A stretch of DNA of 64,000 nt from Eledone cirrhosa. Taxonomy: Eukaryota. The DNA lies in NCBI GenBank assembly GCA_964016885.1, contig OZ024741.1, positions 169,632,001 through 169,696,000 of the forward strand. The letters are read 5' to 3'. Both the position numbers and the translations under genes were made by a program. Of the stretch, positions 1-14,715 are shown one piece after another. The stretch's first letter is position 1, and each line of letters opens with the position of its first letter. The notes under the pieces were generated by a model that was given only the letters and a program-made list of their open reading frames with translations, did not search any database and was not told the DNA's origin.

Positions 1-110
1 ACATACTACTGTACGTCTGTATACATATATGTATGTACGTATACATACATACTTACATTTAAGTAAGTGCCGTACTAAGAGTGAGAAATGAAATTTCGTT
101 TCATTCTATT

Positions 111-1238
<1,128 letters not shown>

Positions 1239-1255
1239 ATATATATATATATATT

Positions 1256-1980
1256 TCGTTTCTGAATTTGTTTAGCAAGATTCTTTATCTGAAAACGTGT
1301 GTTGAAACCGATATTGTTATACTTTGGGAGGGTCATGTTGCCAATAAGAAACACACGCACCAGTTGCTTTTACTTCAATTTATTATAAATTAAATTTATA
1401 AATTTAGGAATTTATATAATTTCCGGTTGGTTGGTTCCACAACCAGACGATTGTTCATATATTGTCAAAGTTCTTTCGTCACGCATTCTGTGACCTATTC
1501 AGTGACTGGGGATTCTTTTCTTTGTTTTTGTGCCTTTCCTTTGTTCTGTCCTACGCCATCTTGTTTTTGTGTGTGTGTTGTGTGCTTAGTTTGCGCATGT
1601 GTTACATCCGGGTGTCTGTGTGTGTTTATATTTGTTTATTTATTTGTTTATTTACATGTTACTGGTTGGTTGTTTGTTCTATGCGTGTGTGTGTTTTCAT
1701 TTTGTCCTTAATTGTAAGTTGTGATGTTGCTATTCCATTCATGCTTTCTATTTAATTTTGGTTGGAGTTCATTTATGTTTATTGCCTCTGTGATTTGTCT
1801 AAACATTGCGTCTTTTCTGTGTGTAGATTCTATTTTTATTTCTATGTTCTCTAATTTACCCTTATGTTCTATTTTAGAATGTTGGTAGAATACAGATGAT
1901 TCTTTACTATCTTGAAGCTCTCGCCAGTGTTCATTTATCCGTTCTCCTATACTACGAGCTGTCTCACCTATGTACACTAT
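1256..1980 (-). mobile_element. 5'-truncated Penelope-like element: GIY-YIG endonuclease C-terminus plus pLTR
   Basis: ORF 1708-1977 reads YIGETARSIGERINEH...H....H...RQITEAININ...LNRKHEW, a PLE GIY-YIG tail. It is followed by an HHR-like motif at 1464-1506 (GTCA-CTGAATA-G GTCAC..GTGAC-GAAA-GAAC-TT-TGAC). Confidence 0.8.
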
Positions 1981-2329
1981 ATTCTTTTGACTAAAGGAAT
2001 TTTAGCCTGATAATGGGGTTTAGAACCCTTAGATAAATGGAAAATGATGAGTATTGACGTACTTGGGAATCGAACCCACATCTTTGGTTATCGCGACCAC
2101 TGTGCTACCATTACACCAACACATCACCCATCTCTTTCCATTCAAATTAGAAGCTACATTCTTAGCGAGTTCTAAACCCCATTATCAGGCTAAAATTCCT
2201 TTAGTCAAAAATACGGTGAAAGCTATTCTATTTTCTAATTTCAAACCTGCTCACTATTTCAAAACATACTTACTTGCCATTTAAACTCGCTAAGAATGTA
2301 GCTTCTAATTTGAATGGAAAGATATGGGT

Positions 2330-2400
2330 GATGTGTTGGTGTAATGGTAGCACAGTGGTTGCGATAACCAAAGATGTGGGTTCGATTCCCATGTACGTCG
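2330..2400 (+). pseudogene. tRNA-like sequence (SINE head or tRNA pseudogene); inverted copy at 2055-2125
   Basis: A box TGGTGTAATGG, B box GGTTCGATTCC, D arm GTGT/GCAC, anticodon stem TGGT/ACCA, weak acceptor stem. It lies inside the inverted repeat 1985-2485. Confidence 0.6.
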
Positions 2401-2496
2401 ATACTCATCTTTTTCTATTTATCTGAGGGTACTAAACCCCATTATCAGGCTAAAATTCCTTTAGTTAAAAATACTGTGAAAGATATATATATATAT

Positions 2497-2845
2497 ATCA
2501 CGTATTTCTTGACGTCACATAAAATAAAATGTGCACTTGTAGCTTAATCAATCGTTATAAATTAATTGTTTCTACTTTTGGCACAAGGCCAGCAATTACC
2601 CAGTACATTGCTGGTACTTTATTTTATCGACCCTGTAAGGATGAAAGGCAACGTTAACCTCGCCTTTCATGAAAGGCAAAGTTAACCTCGCCTTTCATCC
2701 TTACAGGGTCGATAAAATAAAGTACCAGCAATGTACTGGGTAATTGCTGGCCTTGTGCCAAAAGTAGAAACAATTAATTTATAACGATTGATTAAGCTAC
2801 GAGTGCACATTTTATTTTATATGACGTCAAGAAATCCGTGATATA
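2497..2845. repeat. Fold-back of a SINE 3' half plus its flanking sequence
   Basis: About 2497-2650 is the reverse complement of about 2690-2845. The arms contain the SINE core GCCTTTCATCCTTACAGGGTCGATAAAATAAAGTACCAG and about 70 bp of non-SINE flank. Confidence 0.8.
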
Positions 2846-3014
2846 TGTCTTGTCTCTCGTCTCTTAATCCACTGGACAGCGTTTGGTTTAGTCAGACGTT
2901 GTGACCCCGGGTGGACCAACATTACCATAAGCAGGGGTCTAAACTTACTTTATCATAAGGGAGTAATTATATACATATATAATATGTGTGTGTATCCATG
3001 TACATACACGTCTA

Positions 3015-3106
<92 letters not shown>

Positions 3107-3109
<3 letters not shown>

Positions 3110-3268
3110 GAAGGAGGTGTGGTAAGGAACCAGATGGACCATAACGCACCAGAGTACTCAATACCTAGGGTAGTAGAGTGGGTAATAGGAAAATGTTTGA
3201 CCCCGACGGCAGAGCTCAAGCCGTTTCGACGGCTTGAGCTCTGTCGTCGGGGTCAAACATTTTCCTAT
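3107..3268. mobile_element. Short (TA)n-targeted fold-back element (family C); copies at 42605-42797, 49059-49247, partial at 45008-45108 and 54660-54700
   Basis: Shared sequence GAAGGA..TGTGGTAAGGAACCAG..GGACCATAACGCACC..GACCCCGACGGC.GAGCTCAAGCCGTTT followed by its own inversion. The three full copies all sit between (TA)n tracts. Confidence 0.8.
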
Positions 3269-4046
3269 ATATGTATATATATATATATATATAATGAGTA
3301 TCACCAAAGTTGTAGCTGCACTATACTATTTACATCTGCTAATAGTATAACTTTGGTTATACTCGTTATATATATATGAATGAAAATTGACCGAGAAACA
3401 GGAATGTCCATCATCAGTAGTCTGCGGTATTTCTTCGCATTAAAGACTAGATACCTAAAATCAGTGCGAGCGATAACTAAATTAAGTTATCGGGACAGAG
3501 GAAAGTAAACAAACAATATGGTAGTAATTCAACGTAAAGAGAGGAAAAGAGAGACAAGTCAATGAAAACGAATCAAATGACGAGAAGAGGCAGACACGTC
3601 CGAGCCACGTGAAAAGTGAGAGAGAAAAGAATTTCACACAGGTCAGACGGGAGGAAGTGAGAGAGGGGGAGTAGCAGAGAGTGAGTGAGTGAAAGTGTGA
3701 GGAAGAGGCCAGCCGAGAGTGTGTGACCAGCAGCGGGGGTGAAAGAAAGCAAGAGGTAAAGGAGAGAGAAGGGGGAAAGAAAAAGAGGATAGCAATAAGG
3801 TGACAGAAAAAATACGAACCACAGCGAGGGGAAAAATATATGTGAATGAAATATATATATATATATATATATATATAAAGGTAGACGCGCTCCATCATCC
3901 ACTTTTCTAAAAAATAAATCATACACAAAACGCCAGCATCAACAGTATTCCAAGACATGTCAACATGAATGGACCTGTTATTTTTATCTAAAGACATTTT
4001 CTTCAATTCCACCCACCCGTCCCTTCAATCTATCTTATTTCTCATT

Positions 4047-4086
4047 TTTTATTCTGATGAAGGACTAGCGTCCGAAATGTTAAAAC
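4047..4086 (+). ncRNA. Minimal hammerhead-like motif in a probable PLE 3' fragment (about 3880-4150)
   Basis: CTGATGA-A GGAC TAGC GTCC-GAAA-TGTTA. Stem I is weak. Confidence 0.45.
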
Positions 4087-4251
4087 CATCTTCCTGGTAT
4101 TTCAAGCGTTAACTTAATATATTCCTTCCATATACTGTACCGATGGTGTTGTTATATCTGTTTACATTTTATATACACATATATATATAGTCATCGGGCT
4201 AAGGAGGAAAAGAATTGGATAGATTTTGTCTGACTGTTCTTCAAACTCATA

Positions 4252-4289
<38 letters not shown>

Positions 4290-4425
4290 AAAGTTCTATT
4301 TAAATTGTTGGGATACAACAAGCAAATATTTTTATAACTAATATAAAGCACTCGACAAGTATTTGGAGTAAATATACGATATTAACAAATGGTTTTATAA
4401 ATATAGTTTCCATTTGTTAATATCG

Positions 4426-4528
<103 letters not shown>

Positions 4529-4718
4529 TGAGTTGGTTTTCTTGTTGCTTTGGTCCTTGCGGCTGGCTCACCGGCCGCAGTCTTCAATCTGTCAAGCTGT
4601 CTAAACGTATGTTATTACTCTCAGGTGAAACTGCCTTATTGAGTGCTTAGCTGAACATTCCGGATTGCATTCGTTAGCTTGGCCGTAGCCAGAGTTTCGA
4701 TTCTACTGAACTTCCATT

Positions 4719-4795
<77 letters not shown>

Positions 4796-4838
4796 TGTTA
4801 TGCTTTGTGAGGGTCATGTTGCTAAACAAATTGAGAAA

Positions 4839-4896
<58 letters not shown>

Positions 4897-5074
4897 TTAT
4901 ATGTACATTTTCCCACCCCGCTCGCATTTAGAATTTTTTCTTTTTCTTTATAAGTCTCATTTTGAACTCATTTGGAACAATGGAACAACAAAATTCCCAC
5001 AACCATTATTTACTCAATGATTCTAGATTTCCTTAACCCACCCCACCACCACCATCCCCACATCCACCACCACC

Positions 5075-5495
5075 GGGATGTGGAGTGGTACAGGATTATT
5101 TTTACTGCCTCTTTTATTGTATATATAGATGTACTTTATGACATTTTTATGCAGTTCTTTCTTAGCGCAGCATTGTAATGTCTTTTGTACCGGAATCTGA
5201 AACTTGAAGATTGACCATTCGACTTATACGTCATTTGTCACGTGTTTATGACATGTGTACACTGTTTATATAGTTAGCATTGTAAAGTGGCCTGTATATT
5301 ATTGATGGCTTTGTATTGACATATAGTATCGCTCCTATGATTACACGCCTATATTTATTAGGAATTATGTACAATAATGTAATTCCAGCATGGCAGCCAT
5401 TACAAAGCTGACGAAGAAAGAACTGCATATAATTTCATAAAATACATCTGCCATTAATAAAAGATGGTAAAAATAAGCCAACAGCACTGCACACT
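5075..5495. repeat. Old degenerate inverted repeat (MITE or fold-back)
   Basis: ATGCAGTTCTTTCTTAGCGCAGCATTGTAATG (about 5149-5180) is imperfectly complementary to CATTACAAAGCTGACGAAGAAAGAACTGCAT (about 5398-5428), and the pairing extends outward. Confidence 0.5.
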
Positions 5496-7051
5496 TAGCT
5501 GAAGAGACGATGAAAGTCTAGAAACGTTGATAAATTGTGAATTTAAGAACTCGGTTGTTCCAAACGAGATACAAAAGATTTAAAAGAAAATATGAGGATG
5601 AAAAATATATTCAAGTGTTCTACTTATTTGATAAGCGTAAGATTATGAAGAGATGTGCAGTACTAAAAAAAAAAGAAGAAAAAAGGTTGAGGAGAAGACT
5701 AGCATATTCAATCGCACACCACAACAATGGATGCTGGATCCTTCTAATATATTTTTTAAGCAAGCCTTATCGCATGTGATGAAAAAAAATCTGGAGTAGA
5801 GTCTTGTCTTAACTGTTTTCCATATACATTAATTGTCAATAATAGTATTTACACTCTACTTTCCTAAGAGAGTACGTAGCGATGGAGACTTCCGGCGTTC
5901 TTTTAGTCTCCGGACCTTCTCCTTATTCACTGCTATTGGGGCAGAGCTGGCCACCCGCAAGGGTAAGCTCCGATAATATGTATATATATATTTATATATA
6001 TATGAGTAGAATAAATATATATATAAATAAATACACTCACACACACACGCATATATATATATACATATATATATATAGCCTAGTCTTCGCGGGTTTAAGG
6101 AAGTACCTGTAATAAAAACACGTTCTTTTCGTATATTCTTTCCTATATATATATATATTAGTAAAAGGAAAAGAAAATGCTGACAAATTTTTCCCAGTGA
6201 AAAATAGTTTAATTAGGAATAAGTATAAATTAGTAATAAGTATTGGTTAGTATTCAGTTTTAGTTTTAAGTTTTTACCGGTTGCGCATTTCTAATGCTTT
6301 TCAAAAATAATTTTTTGATAAAGCGCCCGTGATGTTTGCTCTAGTCTGATCAGTTTTGGAAATTCTTCCTGTTTTATGTGAAAAAAGTGGCTCCAGAGGT
6401 ATTAAGATTTGGTTGGTTGTTGAATGTCACGTGAATGAGTACTATAAATTTCGCGCCAATTCGTATTGCAAAAATTCTTGTAGTCAAAACAATTTTGATT
6501 GGTCGGTAGCGGTCACGTGAATGTTAAAAATTGATTTTGCGCCAAATGTAGGTTTGTCGAAGAGTGTCCTTTTTCGCCTGATTGAGAAGTCACCGAAAAA
6601 TAAGTCTTTTAAGACAAATATGTGTGTGTGTGTGTGTGTGTAGTAAAGAGGTTCATTGTTGTGATAATGGTCAGTAGGGATGTGTGTGTGAATTGCAGTC
6701 ATGTTGAAAGGTCAACAGTTCAGGTGCCTATTAAGACAAATATGTGTGTGTGTGTAGCAGAGTAATTCGTGGTAGAGGGATCGGTTAGTAGGAATGTGTC
6801 TGTACGTGTGTGGGGGATATTTTAACATGTTGAAAGATATTTTTCAGCTCTTGTCTTATACGGAGAAGTGTGTGTGTGTGTGTGTGTGTGTGTGTCTGTT
6901 TGTGTGTTAGTGTACGCGTGTGTATGTGTGTGTGTATGTGTGTATATGTGTGTGTGTGTGTGTGTGGATGGACCAGTATTTTTGTGATACTGGTAAAAAT
7001 GGTGTACATTATTCGATATTTTCAGTAATTTGCAAAAACGATTATCTCTCA

Positions 7052-7114
<63 letters not shown>

Positions 7115-7264
7115 CATGAGAAGAATTATATATATATATATATATATATATAAATGAATAAATATATAGATATATAAATAAATAAATACATATATATATA
7201 TAGAGAGAGAGATAGATAGATATATATATAAATAAATCAATACATATATATATATATTATATAT

Positions 7265-7810
<546 letters not shown>

Positions 7811-8379
7811 GCGAAAGAGTGAAGAATAACATGGTCGGCTGTGCAAAAAGGATTTTATTTACAGTATTAACAATTGTTTCATTGATCAGGTGAGTCTAAA
7901 GGCCGCTGATCACTCGAAATTGCGTCATTCGACCTTAAATTCAGTGTGCGTCCGTGATCAAATCATTGGAATACTCATATACATATATATATATATATAT
8001 AGGAGAGAATACACGAAAAGAACGTATTTTTATTACAGGGGGTATATTATCACTAGAGTGAACAACATTAAAACTGTGGTTTTGTGGTTTTATTCGCGCC
8101 TGTCACCAATCCGGTACTTTCTCAAACCCGCGAAGACTAGGCTTTCTTCTAAAGGCGGCATTTACTCACCTTATCATAACTATATCACTGGGTTGTGAAA
8201 GATATTTTATGAGCTTCAGTTGTCATTCATTGCTCTATCTCCTCCAGTAGTTTACCACTGTTGGTCCGGGGCTGCTTCTTTGTCCAACAGTTGCTCACTT
8301 ATATCGCAATTAACCATCATATCTGGTGGCCGTATCGCTATCCACAACCTGCGACCAGTTCTCTAGCAGAACACGGTGA

Positions 8380-9722
8380 ATCAGGGACAGAGATCAATAA
8401 TTGATTTTGTTATTTCTTCTAGTCTCTTTGATTCTGTTGGATGTTTGTGGTAAGAGAGGGTCTGAGCTGTCAACTGATCATCTAGTTACTTGCAACTTAA
8501 GATTACCTAATGCTAAAGAAACCCACAAAACTGGCAGGTCCAGGGTGACTGACAGGATAAAGTGGCAATCGTTGGTGGATAAGGAAGCCAGGACTAAGTA
8601 TACAGATACTATTGCATCCAAATTCAGAGAACTTCTTCAGCCAACTGCGGAGGTTGAGACAGTTTCTACTTCAACTGTTAAATGCTGTGGGTGAAAGGGA
8701 CTTAGTGTGAGGCCAGATGGAAGGAGGATCCCTTGGTTCAATCAAGAGGTCAAATATGCCACCCAACCAAAGATGGAGGCCTACAAAGCTTGGTTTAGAA
8801 ATAAGTCTTCCTTCTTGCACTTGGGGTGCAAGCAAGCACAAATAATTGTAGCAGAGACAGTAAAGGCATATAAAGTTAAGACATGGAAGGATTTTGGAGT
8901 TAAGCTGGAATCCGACTTCAGACCAGCAAATAAAGTGTTCTGGCAGACCATCTGCCGACTTCTTAATAAGAAGTTCTTCTCCATACCTTCTATCAGGAAC
9001 ACATCTTGGGTTCTTCTCTCTTCAAAGAGGTGCACCCTCGTGAGGTGGAGAGAATACTTTAATGATCTTCTAAACCCAATCACAACAGCATCTTCTGATG
9101 TACATGAAGTACATTTGGGAGAGGTGACTACACTCTCTGTGGCTGAGATCACAAGAGCAGTCAAAAAACTAAAATGTAGCAAGTCCGCTAGGGTAGATGA
9201 ACTCCGGATCGAAATGTTAAAACCTTTCTCTATAGAAGGTACTCTCCAGCTGAGATCATGTGTGCTGGGTGGCCTGGATGTCTGGAAAGGCACCTAAACA
9301 ATGGCAATCGGGAGTGATAATCCCAATTTTCAAAATGGGAGACAAGAAAGATTATATCAAATACTGAGGGATCTCCGTGTTAAGCCTCCCCGGTAAAGTC
9401 TATGCAACGAGATGCAGAGATATTGTCGAGTCCAAGTTAGCTGATGAACAGTGCAGTTTTCGCTCCGGACGCAGCACAGCCGAGCAAATATTCACACGGT
9501 GGCTGGTCTTCGATAAATCGTGGGAGTATTGCCAAGTGGTATATTCTTGTTATGTAGACCTCGAAAAGGCATATGACCGCGTTCTTCAGGACCTGCTGTG
9601 GAAGGTTCTACAGGAGTATGGGTCGATGATCAGCTTCTTGCTGCCCTGATGTCTCTATACGAATGTCCAAGTATTTGTATTAGGATAAATGGTGCTAAAT
9701 CGAAACCCTTCCACGTGGGAAT
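8380..9722 (+). mobile_element. RTE-clade LINE fragment (end of APE domain through RT), frameshifted
   Basis: ELSTDHLV, WFNQEVK, RWREYFNDLLNP, LSLPGKVY, EQCSFRSGRST, YVDLEKAYDRV across ORFs 8401-9864. Confidence 0.85.
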
Positions 9723-9742
9723 TTACACACACACACACACAT

Positions 9743-9797
<55 letters not shown>

Positions 9798-9810
9798 CAT
9801 ATATATATAT

Positions 9811-9844
<34 letters not shown>

Positions 9845-10749
9845 TTATTAAAATAACAGATTAAAGTTTAAGCAAAGAATCGCTGCTTTCACCCTTAACG
9901 GGATCTTCTGAAACTAAAAAAATGAATCTGTGAACGCAGAAGTAAATATTTCAAAAAATGTTGCAACCGTTATATATATACATATAAAACCAAAGATGAC
10001 ACTTCACATCATTTTATGAACACCTACGCACTTTTTAATTTTAATGCAATTAGGTACCATTAAATTATCCTCATGCTTTGTGCACCTTCAATGATAACTT
10101 AAATGAATTCCAGAAACAAAGTATACACAGAGAGATTTAGTAGTATAGTGTCAATAATTGAATAAATTAATTAGGGTTATCAATAAAATTAATGCAAATA
10201 ATATCAACCAATTAATAAATCAAATCAATAAAACATATAAATATAAAAAAAAATATTGATATATATATTTCCAAACCAGCGCTGGTTTCACCAATGCCAA
10301 ACTGTTAGTATCCATTATGTAAATAAATTCATATTTCAACAGTCAGTTGTATAACAACTGGGAATTGTCATAGAATTTTCAGTAGGCTTGTCCAATATAT
10401 AACATAGGGAAAAATAAAATATTTTTCAGGCACCTAACATGATGGTTGCAGCCAGTTATGTTTTCGTGTGTCTGCTAACGGCTTGAAATCAGGTCGCTGT
10501 ATAGTAAAAAAAAGAGGCGGGAAATTAATAGAAACATTCACGCCCGTCTTTAAAAAAAGCACTGAACTAGAATTACAACTCGTAATATACTAATGGATTT
10601 TCGAAATCATACTACCACAAGATGCTTCGTGTACACATGGCATTGTAACACCGTGTCACATTTTAATTTACTCAATGATAACTGAAATTAATTCCAGCAA
10701 CCATATATTCATACAGACTTAATAGTTTGGAGGCAATAATCGAAGAAGT

Positions 10750-11000
10750 GACCTCATAGAAGATATGTTTTCTAAATTTAAGACAGTAGGGAGGGGTGTG
10801 ATATGGGGGAGAGTTAGCTGCTGTTTCTAGCAGGTTTAGTAACCTCATAGAGGATATGTGTTTTCTAAATTTAAGACAGTAGGGAGTGGTGTGGGGAGGG
10901 GTGTGATATGGGGGAGAGTTAGCTGCTGTTTCTAGCAGGTTTAGTAACCTCATAGAGGATATGTGTTTTCTAAATTTAAGACAGTAGGAAGTGGTGTGAA
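10750..11000 (-). repeat. About 2.5 tandem copies of a roughly 90-105 bp LINE/SINE-tail-like unit
   Basis: The unit GAGGTTACTAAACCTGCTAGAAACAGCAGC...CTACTGTCTTAAA (minus strand) is repeated. A related motif occurs at about 63207-63237. Confidence 0.7.
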
Positions 11001-12069
11001 CGGACAGTATCACCATCAAGCTTGGAAAGAGAAAGTAGCAGAAAGTATGAAGTTGTATAGATTTTGAATGGTAGTAGAAAGAGTTCAGCAGTTTAAATGA
11101 GAGAGAAAAATCGTAAAATATTGAGTTTTATCTATTTTTTGCGTAATTGTGAGTGAAATTGAAAAAATTATCTGCGTCAAGACGCAATCGAAGCTATTTC
11201 GAATGCTGAATTGTAAATTTCAATTGAAGAAATTCTATATCGTAGATTTCTATAACGAAGGAGCATGACCACACACTTAGCTTTATAGATTATGATATAT
11301 GATATATATATAAACTTCGAACTTTGTATTTAATAGTAAAGTATTACGCTTTGATCATCGCAAAAAGATCGAGATCAATCATTTGTCATATGAAAGTGTA
11401 TGCTTCACCAGAAATGAGTAGTCACAACGGTCGATAAGAACATAGATTCCTGTGCCGAAAAAATGAAAGCTAGTTTTTAATAACAGTTTTTAATGTTCCA
11501 TCGGGCGGTTTGAATTAGAAATAATGATAGTATATTCACACAAATATTTCAATATTATTTACAATAAATTGAACCATTTACGTGGTTCTTTTACGAAACT
11601 ATTTATAACACAACTGGGTGTGATTTCCATAATAACTTCAAATTTTCCATCGTTATTTATCAATACACCCAGGACCGACGGTACAACTAGGGCCAACTAG
11701 GTAACTGCCTAGGGCACAACAATTCAGAGAGGTGCATTATGGAAACTTAAAGGGTTACAGTCTTATATAAGCTTGTGTAACTAAATTAAGTGTATAATTG
11801 TGTGATCTATAAATAGTGTGCTAAACATTTTTGACGCTTGATAGCATTATGGGAATAACTAAAGTGGTGGAGAGGTTCGTATGGTGTTATGACCTGTCAC
11901 GTGATTTGATTTGACATGGCTGAGTATATTCAATGTAATGGAGAATACAGGCTTAGTAATTGTCTGAGTTTGGTCAGAGCAAAAAGTGTAAAAACTAGGT
12001 TTGTCAATTACGAAACTGTAACATAATGTTATTTGGGAAAATAAGGCACATAACTGGGAGGAGGCATAT

Positions 12070-14120
12070 ACTGTAGAGCTAGCATATGGCGCTGAATACA
12101 CAGTCATTAGCTCTAGTATACTGAGGTTGTCACACTGTAGAGCTAGCATATGGGGCTGAATACACAGTCACTAGCTCTAGTATACTGAGGTTGTCCCACT
12201 GTAGAGCTAGCATATGGCGCTGAATACACAGTCATTAGCTCTAGTATACTGAGGTTGTCCCACTGTAGAGCTAGCATATGGGGCTGAATACACAGTCACT
12301 AGCTCTAGTATACTGAGGTTGTCCCACTGTAGAGCTAGCATATGGCGCTGAATACACAGTCATTAGCTCTAGTATACTGAGGTTGTCCTACTGTAGAGCT
12401 AGCATATGGCACTGAATACACAGTCACTAGCTGTAGTATACTGAGGTTGTCCCACTGTAGAGCTAGCATATGGGGCTGAATACACAGTCACTAGCTCTAG
12501 TATACTGAGGTTGTCCCACTGTAGAGCTAGCATATGGCACTGAATACACAGTCACTAGCTGTAGTATACTGAGGTTGTCCTACTGTAGAGCTAGCATATG
12601 GGGCTGAATACACAGTCACTAGCTGTAGTATACTGAGGTTGTCCCACTGTAGAGCTAGCATATGGCACTGAATACACAGTCACTAGCTGTAGTATACTGA
12701 GGTTGTCCCACTGTAGAGCTAGCATATGGCACTGAATACACAGTCATTAGCTCTAGTATACTGAGGTTGTCCCACTGTAGAGCTAGCATATGGGGCTGAA
12801 TACACAGTCACTAGCTCTAGTATACTGAGGTTGTCCCACTGTAGAGCTAGCATATGGCACTGAATACACAGTCACTAGCTGTAGTATACTGAGGTTGTCC
12901 CACTGTAGAGCTAGCATATGGGGCTGAATACACAGTCACTAGCTCTAGTATACTGAGGTTGTCCCACTGTAGAGCTAGCATATGGCACTGAATACACAGT
13001 CACTAGCTGTAGTATACTGAGGTTGTCCCACTGTAGAGCTAGCATATGGGGCTGAATACACAGTCACTAGCTCTAGTATACTGAGGTTGTCCCACTGTAG
13101 AGCTAGCATATGGCACTGAATACACAGTCACTAGCTGTAGTATACTGAGGTTGTCCTACTGTAGAGCTAGCATATGGGGCTGAATACACAGTCACTAGCT
13201 GTAGTATACTGAGGTTGTCCCACTGTAGAGCTAGCATATGGCACTGAATACACAGTCACTAGCTGTAGTATACTGAGGTTGTCCCACTGTAGAGCTAGCA
13301 TATGGCACTGAATACACAGTCATTAGCTCTAGTATACTGAGGTTGTCCCACTGTAGAGCTAGCATATGGCACTGAATACACAGTCACTAGCTGTAGTATA
13401 CTGAGGTTGTCCTACTGTAGAGCTAGCATATGGGGCTGAATACACAGTCACTAGCTCTAGTATACTGAGGTTGTCCTACTGTAGAGCTAGCATATGGCAC
13501 TGAATACACAGTCACTAGCTGTAGTATACTGAGGTTGTCCCACTGTAGAGCTAGCATATGGCACTGAATACACAGTCACTAGCTCTAGTATACTGAGGTT
13601 GTCCCACTGTAGAGCTAGCATATGGCACTGAATACACAGTCATTAGCTCTAGTATACTGAGGTTGTCCCACTGTAGAGCTAGCATATGGCACTGAATACA
13701 CAGTCACTAGCTGTAGTATACTGAGGTTGTCCTACTGTAGAGCTAGCATATGGGGCTGAATACACAGTCACTAGCTCTAGTATACTGAGGTTGTCCTACT
13801 GTAGAGCTAGCATATGGCACTGAATACACAGTCACTAGCTGTAGTATACTGAGGTTGTCCCACTGTAGAGCTAGCATATGGGGCTGAATACACAGTCACT
13901 AGCTCTAGTATACTGAGGTTGTCCCACTGTAGAGCTAGCATATGGCACTGAATACACAGTCACTAGCTGTAGTATACTGAGGTTGTCCCACTGTAGAGCT
14001 AGCATATGGCGCTGAATACACAGTCACTAGCTCTAGTATACTGAGGTTGTCCCACTGTAGAGCTAGCATATGGCGCTGTATACACAGTCACTAGCTCTAG
14101 TATACTGTGGTTGTCCCACT
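12070..14120. repeat. 64-bp minisatellite, about 32 copies
   Basis: Unit ACTGTAGAGCTAGCATATGGSRCTGAATACACAGTCAYTAGCTSTAGTATACTGAGGTTGTCCY; period 64 (CTGAGG at 12121 and 12185). Confidence 0.97.
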
Positions 14121-14224
14121 TTCTTATCATGTATCAAGCTTTATAAATCTAACTTCCTACTCCAGCACATCTTATTTTTAATTCTCTCACTCCTTCCATT
14201 CCTCTATTACCCACTCATTCCCTC

Positions 14225-14480
14225 AGTTGCTCACTCATCCACTCACTCACTCATTCACTCACTCACTCACTCACTCACCCCCCCACCCACTTACTCACCC
14301 ACTCACTCACTCACTCACTCACTCACCCATTTACTCACCCACTCACTCACTCACTCATTCAATCACCCACTTACTCAACCACTCACTCACTCACAAACTT
14401 ACTCACCCACTCACTCACTCACCCACCCACCCACTCACTCAGCCACTCACCTACCCACTCATTCACCCACTCACTCTCTC
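14225..14480. repeat. Degenerate (CACT)n microsatellite
   Basis: Direct reading. Confidence 0.9.
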
Positions 14481-14715
14481 GCTCATTCGCATACTTTTTC
14501 CAATGTTCTTATGGCACTCTGATATAAATATACCTCATTTTTCCACTCACTTTCATTTTACTTTTGCTCTCTCTCACTCCCTCTTTCTCTCTCTCTCTTT
14601 CTCCCGCGTCTCTCACCCTCTCTATTTCTTCCCCCTCTCTCCCTGACCCCCCACTCTCTCTCTCCCCACTTCTCTGTGTGTCATTGTCCTCACCAAATCA
14701 TTAAACCACATATCT

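Noticed and set aside
1400-1710. SECIS element in the PLE 3' region
   Set aside because: No convincing AUGA/AA/GA stem, and no in-frame UGA in the visible fragment.
2330-2400. Functional tRNA gene
   Set aside because: Weak acceptor stem, non-canonical anticodon loop, and it is embedded in a repeat.
5494-5535. Hammerhead at CTGAAGA-GAC..GTC-TAGAAACGTT (similar weak cases near 8113 and 9878)
   Set aside because: Stem I or the core is broken; kept only as decayed candidates.
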